A DNA stretch of 64,000 nucleotides from the NCBI GenBank assembly GCA_902727925.1, contig CACVAW010000061.1:713-64712 (forward strand), read 5' to 3'. The stretch is from an uncultured Campylobacterales bacterium (GTDB taxonomy: Bacteria > Campylobacterota > Campylobacteria > Campylobacterales > CACVAW01). Each line of letters begins with the position of its first letter. Positions within the stretch are counted from its first letter, which is position 1. Below, piece after piece: positions 57,178 to 64,000 of this stretch. Under the pieces are notes generated by a model that saw only the letters and a list, made by a program, of their open reading frames with translations, had not been told where the DNA came from and did not search any database. The position numbers and the translations under genes were made by a program.

Positions 57178-59196
57178 TTGTATAAAGAGTTGTTAATTGA
57201 AATTGGAGTAGAAGAACTTCCAGCCATACCGTTTTTAAAAGAGTATAAAAATATTAAACAAAAATGGCAAAGTATATTGTCAAAATATAATTTAAATAGT
57301 GAATTTGAATTTAATTACACTCCTAGAAGACTAGTATTAATACATAATGAATTTCCTTTAAAACAATCAGACGTCAAAAATGAAATATATGGAGCTCCTA
57401 CTTCTATAGCATATAAAGATGGCGTTCCAACAAATGCGTTGAATGGATTTTTGAAGAAAAATAATATCGAATTAAAAGACGTTAGTACTGCTACAAAAAA
57501 TGGTAAAGAAGTACTTTTTTATGAAGAAAATATTGAGGGCAAGAAAAGTTCTGAACTTATTGGATCTATGATAGAAGAGTTTTTGTTTAGTCTTAATTTT
57601 GGTAAATCTATGAGATGGGGAAAAGAAAAGAAAAGCTTTATTAGACCTATAAGATGGGTGAATGTTGTGTTTGAAGATAACATTGATTTTGAACTTTTTG
57701 GAGTTAAAATTTCAAATCACTCATATCCTCATAGAGACATCTCTTATGAATCCCAAGATATTAGTTCAAAAGAAGATTATTTTCTTTTCTTGGAAAACAA
57801 CGGCGTTATATTAGATGAAAATATCAGAAAAGAAAAAATATTAAAAGAATTTAAAAGTATTGAAGAACAAAATAGTATTGACATAGAAATAGATAATGAA
57901 CTACTAGATGAGGTTGTGGCTATTACGGAATATCCAACAGCATTACTTGGTGAGTTTGATGAGAAGTTTTTACAAATGCCAAGTGAGATTATCATCATAT
58001 CTATGAAAGAACATCAAAGATATTTCCCAGTATTTAAAGACGCAAAGCTTACAAATAAGTTTATTGTAGTTTCAAACTCTTTGAGTTCTGATAAATCTCT
58101 AATTGTAAAAGGAAATGAAAAAGTTCTTTTAGCAAGACTTGATGATGGACTGTTTTTTTATGAAAATGATAAGAAATCATTACTTCAGCCTGAGTTATTA
58201 AAAAATGTACTTTTCATGAAAGGTCTTGGAAGTGTTTATGACAAACAATTAAGAGAACAAAAGATAGCAAAAGCACTTTTTGATCAGTATAAAGATAGCT
58301 CAAACTTAGATGAAAAGCTACTTAGTAGAGCTGTGGAACTGAGTAAGGCTGATCTTAATACTGAAGTTGTATGTGAATTTGATAAGCTTCAAGGTCTTAT
58401 TGGCTCGTATTATGCAGAATTTATGAATGAAGAGAAGAAAGTAGTACTTGCTATAAAAGAGCAGTATTTACCTATTGGTCAAAACTCAGAACTACCATCA
58501 ACACTTTTTAGTGCGATAGTTGCATTATCTATTAAAATAGACACTCTTTTTTCTATGTTTAGTATAGGTAAAGTTCCTACAGGTTCATCTGATCCGTTTG
58601 CTCTTAGAAGAGCTGTGATTGGTATTATTAAGACAGTATTAGAGTATAACTTGTCATTTGATTTTAGGAGTGTGTATAATGCCGTATCAGGCACTTACGA
58701 GACCTTTGATTTTGATAAGCTAGATGCCTTTGTAGAAGAGAGAATATATCAGTATTTTGATACTAATAACTCTATCATCGCGTCAGTACTAAAGACAAAC
58801 GAAAAAGATATATACAAAATTGCCAAAAAAATAGAAGCAATAGAAAACATATCTAAACAAAAATCTTTTAAAGAGAATTTTTCTACATTCAAAAGAGTCT
58901 CAAATATAATAAAAGATTTGAATTTAAATGATATTAGTGTAGATATCTCATTATTAAAACAAAAAGAAGAGACAATCTTGTATAATGAAACAATCAAAGT
59001 ATCAAATAAAAAATATGATTCATATCAAGAAAAAGCACAAGAGTTATTTGGATTAAAACCTTATATTGATGACTTTTTTGAAAATATTATGGTTAATGCA
59101 GAAGATGAAAAACTAAAAACGAATAGACAAAGCATATTGGGTCTCATATATAAAGAGTTTTTAGAAATTGCAGATATAAAAGAGATAAGTATATAA
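57178..59196 (+). CDS. glyS: glycine--tRNA ligase beta subunit
   Basis: ELLIEIGVEELPA N-terminus, MRWG, and a C-terminal anticodon-binding region; 672 aa. TTG start. Confidence 0.93.
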   Translation: MYKELLIEIGVEELPAIPFLKEYKNIKQKWQSILSKYNLNSEFEFNYTPRRLVLIHNEFPLKQSDVKNEIYGAPTSIAYKDGVPTNALNGFLKKNNIELKDVSTATKNGKEVLFYEENIEGKKSSELIGSMIEEFLFSLNFGKSMRWGKEKKSFIRPIRWVNVVFEDNIDFELFGVKISNHSYPHRDISYESQDISSKEDYFLFLENNGVILDENIRKEKILKEFKSIEEQNSIDIEIDNELLDEVVAITEYPTALLGEFDEKFLQMPSEIIIISMKEHQRYFPVFKDAKLTNKFIVVSNSLSSDKSLIVKGNEKVLLARLDDGLFFYENDKKSLLQPELLKNVLFMKGLGSVYDKQLREQKIAKALFDQYKDSSNLDEKLLSRAVELSKADLNTEVVCEFDKLQGLIGSYYAEFMNEEKKVVLAIKEQYLPIGQNSELPSTLFSAIVALSIKIDTLFSMFSIGKVPTGSSDPFALRRAVIGIIKTVLEYNLSFDFRSVYNAVSGTYETFDFDKLDAFVEERIYQYFDTNNSIIASVLKTNEKDIYKIAKKIEAIENISKQKSFKENFSTFKRVSNIIKDLNLNDISVDISLLKQKEETILYNETIKVSNKKYDSYQEKAQELFGLKPYIDDFFENIMVNAEDEKLKTNRQSILGLIYKEFLEIADIKEISI

Positions 59197-59225
59197 TAAC
59201 GCAGAAGTAAACTAGGAGAAAGACA

Positions 59226-60917
59226 ATGAAAATCAGTGGTTCACAAATGGTAGTAGAAGCTTTAAAGGCTGAGGGTGTAAAAGTAATATACGGATACCCT
59301 GGTGGAGCTATCATGAATATATATGATGAAGTTTTTAAGCAAGACTACTTTGAACATATACTTGTACGTCATGAACAAGCTGCTATTCACGCAGCAGAAG
59401 GACATGCAAAGTCGACTGGCAAGACAGGTGTAGCATTTGTGACAAGTGGACCTGGTTTTACTAATGCCGTTACAGGACTAGCTGATGCTTATATGGACTC
59501 TGTTCCTATAGTTGTTATTAGTGGTCAAGTTCCTCTTCCTCTCATTGGTACTGATGCGTTTCAAGAGATTGATGCTGTAGGAATTAGTAGACCTTGTACT
59601 AAACATAACTACTTGGTAAAAGATATTGAAGAGTTACCACGAATATTAAAAGAAGCTTTTTATATAGCAAACTCTGGACGTCCAGGACCAGTTCATGTTG
59701 ATATTCCAAAAGATATAACAGCACAACTAGGAGACTTCGAGTATCCCAAAAATATCACAATAGACACATATAAACCGACATATAAACCAAATATAAAACA
59801 GATAGAAAAAGCTGCAATTGCAATTAAAAAGGCAAAAAAACCTGTACTTTACATAGGTGGTGGTGTAATTCACTCAAATGCGACTAAAGAAGTAAGAGAA
59901 CTTGCAACAACTACAAGTATACCAGCACTTACAACTCTAAAAGCAACTGGTGTAATATCATGTGATGATCCTAATTTTTTAGGTATGGTAGGAATGCACG
60001 GAACATATGCCGCAAATAAGTCCATGAGTGATACTGACCTTATGGTATGTATTGGTGCTAGATTTGATGATAGAGTTACTGGTAAGTTAGAAGTTTTTGG
60101 AGTGGATGCTGAGATCATTCATATTGATATCGATCCAGCTAGTATTGGCAAACTTGTTGAGGTTGACTATCCTATAGTTGGTGATGTAAAACTAGCTTTA
60201 GAGAAGCTAATCCCATTAGTTAAAGATATCGATAAAACTAACTATGCTGAGTGGGTAAAAACTCTTGAAGCATATAAAAAAGAAAAACCTACAGACTATC
60301 AAGATGCTGACTTCCCAATTAAACCACAGTGGGTAATCCAGACGGTAGGAAAATATTTAGAAAACAAAAAACATATAATAGCAACAGATGTTGGACAACA
60401 TCAAATGTGGACAGCACAGTTTTATCCTTTTAAAGAGCCTAGAGAGTTTCTTACAAGTGGTGGACTTGGTACTATGGGATTTGGACTTCCTGCTGCAATG
60501 GGAGCAAAGAGAATAAATCCAGATCATGTATGCATAAACTTTACAGGTGATGGCTCAATTCTTATGAATATACAAGAGCTTATGACATGTACAGCAAGTG
60601 ACATACCTGTAATAAATATCATATTAAACAATAATCACTTAGGTATGGTAAGACAGTGGCAAACATTCTTTTATGAAAATAGATTTTCATCAACTCCAAA
60701 TAAAACACAACCAGACTTTGTGAAGTTAACTGAAAGTTTTGGTGGAGTTGGATATCAAGTAAATACAAAAGAAGAGTTCCATAAAGCATTAAAAGATGCA
60801 ATTGACTCTGGAAAAGTTGCAATGATAAATGTAGCAGTAGATGAGATGGAAAATGTACTTCCTATGGTTCCAGCAAATGCAGGGCTAGATGAAATGATGC
60901 TTAGATTTGAAGACTAG
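59226..60917 (+). CDS. ilvB: acetolactate synthase large (catalytic) subunit
   Basis: GYPGGAIM, GPGFTNAVTGLADA, and the ThDP motif GGLGTMGFGLPAAMGA...GDGS...NNN. Confidence 0.93.
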   Translation: MKISGSQMVVEALKAEGVKVIYGYPGGAIMNIYDEVFKQDYFEHILVRHEQAAIHAAEGHAKSTGKTGVAFVTSGPGFTNAVTGLADAYMDSVPIVVISGQVPLPLIGTDAFQEIDAVGISRPCTKHNYLVKDIEELPRILKEAFYIANSGRPGPVHVDIPKDITAQLGDFEYPKNITIDTYKPTYKPNIKQIEKAAIAIKKAKKPVLYIGGGVIHSNATKEVRELATTTSIPALTTLKATGVISCDDPNFLGMVGMHGTYAANKSMSDTDLMVCIGARFDDRVTGKLEVFGVDAEIIHIDIDPASIGKLVEVDYPIVGDVKLALEKLIPLVKDIDKTNYAEWVKTLEAYKKEKPTDYQDADFPIKPQWVIQTVGKYLENKKHIIATDVGQHQMWTAQFYPFKEPREFLTSGGLGTMGFGLPAAMGAKRINPDHVCINFTGDGSILMNIQELMTCTASDIPVINIILNNNHLGMVRQWQTFFYENRFSSTPNKTQPDFVKLTESFGGVGYQVNTKEEFHKALKDAIDSGKVAMINVAVDEMENVLPMVPANAGLDEMMLRFED

Positions 60918-61003
60918 AAGAGAAAATTTTAGAAGAGAGGATAGAAAAGTTACTTAACTTTAGGGTATTGATAGATATTATTTCATATTTTCAAAGGAAA
61001 AAT

Positions 61004-61897
61004 ATGAAAGACAAATCAAGACTATACCGAATCCTCTCTATCATCTCAGAATTAGAGCTAGGCAAAAAACTAAGCACAAAAGAACTCTCAAACAAATATA
61101 AAATAGATATAAGAACAATACAAAGAGACTTCAAAGAATACATACTAGAACTTCGTCCAGAGATACAAAAACAAAACAACAAATACTTCCTCAACTCCAA
61201 AACAAAATCAAGCAAAGAAAATATCATAATATCGATATTTCAGAATATAGCTGACAATATAGGTGGCGAATTCTCAAAAAATGCAAATGAACTATTCTCA
61301 AAGCTAAAAGATGATGAAAATATACTATACACACAAATAAATATAGAAAATATATCAGACAAACTAGACATCACAAAAGAGATACAAAATGCAATCAAAA
61401 ATAAAACCACAATAAAGTGCGAATACTCCATAAACAACTCATCATATAAAGCTACTATAAACCCACTAAAACTAGCTAACTACTCAGGATACTGGTACCT
61501 AATAGCCATAGACAACAAAGACAAAGTCCTAAAAAAATACTACTTCAACGAAATACAAAAAGTAAGTCTCACAAATAAAATTTTCACATATGAAAAAAAT
61601 CTAGACAAAATATTAGCAAATGCTATATCAATATGGTTTGAACCAAAAGAACCTTATGAAGTACAACTTCTAGTATCTGCCACTATCTCTAAATACTTCC
61701 AAAGACAAGCCCTATCTCCTACACAAAGAATAATGAAAGAGTACAAAGACAAAAGCATAGAGATATCCATAGACATAACAAACGATATGGAGATAATCCC
61801 CATCATCAAGTCATACATACCACATATAAAAGTGATAGTTCCTCAAAGAATAAAAGACAAAATCCAAAAAGATATAGAGAAATATATGAGTAATTAA
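61004..61897 (+). CDS. HTH-WYL domain transcriptional regulator
   Basis: ATG at 61004 with RBS AAAGGAAAA. N-terminal wHTH (LSTKELSNKYKIDIRTIQRDF) and WYL core GYWYLIAID. Confidence 0.75.
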   Translation: MKDKSRLYRILSIISELELGKKLSTKELSNKYKIDIRTIQRDFKEYILELRPEIQKQNNKYFLNSKTKSSKENIIISIFQNIADNIGGEFSKNANELFSKLKDDENILYTQINIENISDKLDITKEIQNAIKNKTTIKCEYSINNSSYKATINPLKLANYSGYWYLIAIDNKDKVLKKYYFNEIQKVSLTNKIFTYEKNLDKILANAISIWFEPKEPYEVQLLVSATISKYFQRQALSPTQRIMKEYKDKSIEISIDITNDMEIIPIIKSYIPHIKVIVPQRIKDKIQKDIEKYMSN

Positions 61898-61948
61898 ACT
61901 ATGCCATAGTATAATAATATATATTTTTAGAATATATGGGAGTTTAAA

Positions 61949-63112
61949 ATGCAAGATATATTATATAGATCTAATCCATGGTGGGAAGAAAACTATTCGT
62001 TTGAGGGTATTACTAGAAATATTTATTTAAACGAAATGAAACTTGTATTTGAGAATCCTGATATTGTTTTTTTGACAGGGCTTAGAAGGGTAGGTAAAAC
62101 TACACTTATGAAAAGCTTTATTTCTCATTTGATAAATCATAAAAAAATAGAACCACAACAGATATTTTATATTAGTCTTGATTTGTTAGCTTTGTCAGAT
62201 TTGAGTATTCAAGATATTCTAAAAGAGTATAGAACATTACTCAAGTTGAGTAATAGTACTAAAACATATTTGTTTTTTGATGAAGTCACTGCAAAAAAGG
62301 ATTATCATCAAGAGTTAAAAAATCTCTATGACTTAGAAAGTGTAAAAATATATGCTTCAAGTTCTAGTGCCTCATTACTCAAAGACAAAAATGCATATCT
62401 CACAGGGAGACAAAGAGTACTAGAAATAATGCCTTTAAGTTTTGAAGAATATTTGAACTTCAAAAAAATCAAAATCAAAAAATCAGAATCATATTTACTT
62501 AAAAGCTACTTTGAGGATTATATGCAAAGTGGAGGTATGCCAGAATTTGTAAAAACAAAAGATATAAGCTATCTACAAAATCTAATAGACAATATAATAT
62601 ACAAAGACATAATCGCCCATAACAATATAAAAAATGAACAGACTATAAGAGACTTTTATAAGCTTTTAATGGAACGAAGTGGCAAACAACTAAGTCTAAA
62701 TAAAATAGCAAATATATTAGATATAGGAGCAGATAGTGCTAGGAGGTATCTTAGCTATTTTGAAGAGACTTATCTCATATATACAGTAAAAAAATATGGC
62801 AAACTTAATGAAAGAATCAAAAACCCCAAAAAAATATACTCAGCAGATATAGGACTCAAAAATGTAGTAACTGGATTTAGAGATTTAGGTGCTGTATTTG
62901 AGAATATGGTCTATCTCAAAATCAAATCTCAAAACCCAAGGTATGTATATGAAAATGGTATAGAACTAGACTTCATGACCGAAAACAAAACTCTAATAGA
63001 AGTTAAATATAACTCCAAATTAAACAAAAATCAAGAAAAATTATACGAAAAAATCGAAGCAAACAAAAAAATAAGAATCCAAAATATAGAAGATTTTTTG
63101 AAGTTCCTATAA
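61949..63112 (+). CDS. AAA ATPase with C-terminal DUF4143-like domain
   Basis: Walker A GLRRVGKTT and Walker B YLFFDEV. The C-terminal half (ENGIELDF...EVKY) resembles the restriction-endonuclease-like DUF4143. Confidence 0.75.
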   Translation: MQDILYRSNPWWEENYSFEGITRNIYLNEMKLVFENPDIVFLTGLRRVGKTTLMKSFISHLINHKKIEPQQIFYISLDLLALSDLSIQDILKEYRTLLKLSNSTKTYLFFDEVTAKKDYHQELKNLYDLESVKIYASSSSASLLKDKNAYLTGRQRVLEIMPLSFEEYLNFKKIKIKKSESYLLKSYFEDYMQSGGMPEFVKTKDISYLQNLIDNIIYKDIIAHNNIKNEQTIRDFYKLLMERSGKQLSLNKIANILDIGADSARRYLSYFEETYLIYTVKKYGKLNERIKNPKKIYSADIGLKNVVTGFRDLGAVFENMVYLKIKSQNPRYVYENGIELDFMTENKTLIEVKYNSKLNKNQEKLYEKIEANKKIRIQNIEDFLKFL

Positions 63113-63317
63113 ACGACAGTATAAGTCGCTAATTTTTGATAGAATGTTGAGATTGAAAAGTATCATAAGAGAAGGAAATTTATGAAAAATGTAGAGATAT
63201 TAAAAGATATCTTATAAACGACAGTATAAGTCGCTAAAGTTTGATAGAATGTTGCAAATGAAAAGTATGATAAGAGAAGGAAGTTTATGGAAAATGTAGA
63301 GATATTAAAAGATATCT
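63108..63317 (+). repeat. 2 x 105-bp tandem direct repeat duplicating the 5' UTR, RBS and first 11 codons of the downstream gene
   Basis: Copy 1 at 63108-63212 versus copy 2 at 63213-63317, 8 mismatches by my count. Copy 1 encodes only MKNVEILKDIL*. Confidence 0.9.
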
Positions 63318-64000
63318 TAATAAAGTTAAAAAGTTATGATGAGTATTTAAAAGAAAAAAAATCAGAAGGATATAACAATTATAACCCTTTAACAGTACTT
63401 AGAAAAAGCTATGATGAAGTTGGGTTGCATTCTGCTTTTATATATTCTTTAATCAACCCAAAAGGTAATCATTACCGAGATGATACATTTACTAAATTAT
63501 TTTTAAAAATAGTTTTAAAATTAGAAAATTATGGGAAAATCTATGATGTGAGAAGAGAGTATATTATCGAAAATCAAAGAAGAATAGATTTTTATATAAA
63601 TACTGAAAAGTACAAAATAGCTATAGAGATGAAAATATATGCAGGTGATCAAAAAAATCAAATATCTGACTACTATAAAGCTGTAAGAAAAATAGCAAGT
63701 GAAGATAGCAGTAAAGAAAAAGTATACTATCTATCTCTGTATGAGAGAGATGCTACAAAATCAAGTGCTAAAGATCGTACATATACAAAAATATCTTTTA
63801 AAGATCATATTTTAAATTGGTTAAAAGAGTGTATTAAAGCTATTAAAAATGAAGACAAAAATGAATTATCAAACATAATACAATCTATAGAGTTCTATAA
63901 AGAAATAATACAAATACTTACAAAGCAAAAGCAAAAGGAAAAGAAAATAATGGATATAGTCGATTATGTAAAAGAGAAAAAAGTAAATTTAGAAGATATA
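63287..64000 (+). CDS. PD-(D/E)XK nuclease-family protein (partial, runs off the window)
   Basis: Not in the ORF track because it has no stop. It is open for 238 codons from the ATG at 63287 with RBS AGAGAAGGAAG. Motifs: NPLTVLRK...EVGLHSAFIYSLINPKG, RIDFYI...IAIEMKIYAGDQ (D...ExK). Confidence 0.7.
   Translation, partial: MENVEILKDILIKLKSYDEYLKEKKSEGYNNYNPLTVLRKSYDEVGLHSAFIYSLINPKGNHYRDDTFTKLFLKIVLKLENYGKIYDVRREYIIENQRRIDFYINTEKYKIAIEMKIYAGDQKNQISDYYKAVRKIASEDSSKEKVYYLSLYERDATKSSAKDRTYTKISFKDHILNWLKECIKAIKNEDKNELSNIIQSIEFYKEIIQILTKQKQKEKKIMDIVDYVKEKKVNLEDI

Noticed and set aside
1-64000. Poly-G/poly-C phase-variation tracts typical of Campylobacterota
   Set aside because: The longest G/C runs I saw are 5-6 nt (for example 22141 inside the pseudogene and 3645). 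A/T homopolymers of 8-9 nt are frequent but expected at this base composition.

Overview
AT-rich (by eye under 30% GC) bacterial chromosome segment. Gene content and order (secD-secF-yajC, serS, glyS, ilvB-type ALS, futalosine-type amidohydrolase) suggest Campylobacterota, possibly Arcobacter-like; this is an inference. Layout: (i) 1-1.6 kb holds an isolated single-HKD PLD nuclease-like gene behind a long AT-rich leader. (ii) 1.8-6.1 kb holds minus-strand housekeeping genes (SLC13 permease, OmpA-type lipoprotein, membrane protein, PabA/TrpG amidotransferase). (iii) 6.2-49.4 kb is a ~43 kb plus-strand gene array with almost no gaps. From gmd (7419) onward it is a mosaic surface-glycan super-locus. 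It encodes GDP-fucose (gmd, fcl, manC), UDP-sugars (ugd, galE), dTDP-rhamnose (rfbA/C/D/B) and a dTDP-3-acetamido-3,6-dideoxyhexose branch (fdtA-like isomerase, LbH acetyltransferase, DegT aminotransferase). It also encodes a phosphonate branch (cytidylyltransferase-PEP mutase fusion, phosphonopyruvate decarboxylase, Fe-alcohol dehydrogenase). A further module combines a PRK-like kinase, HAD phosphatase, class II aldolase-like protein and a double nucleotidyltransferase with GtrA, a GT2 and three GT-C-like membrane proteins. The locus has two flippases, two Wzy/ligase-like proteins and about seven glycosyltransferases. Accessory cassettes and scars sit inside it: a DarT-DarG module, two paralogous Schlafen/AlbA_2-HATPase-wHTH genes with in-frame 12-bp tandem repeats, three copies of the rfbB 3' end, a duplicated GT2 5' end, a decayed epimerase and a decayed four-helix-bundle gene. 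(iv) 49.5-60.9 kb is housekeeping (serS, secDF, yajC, pseudouridine synthase, glyS, acetolactate synthase) plus an intact four-helix-bundle (23S IVS/Avd-like) gene flanked by repeats. (v) 61-64 kb is a small accessory island (WYL regulator, AAA/DUF4143 ATPase, 105-bp tandem duplication, partial PD-(D/E)XK gene). I found no rRNA, tRNA, CRISPR array, transposase or integrase. All functional calls rest on motifs read from the translated ORFs; no database search was run.
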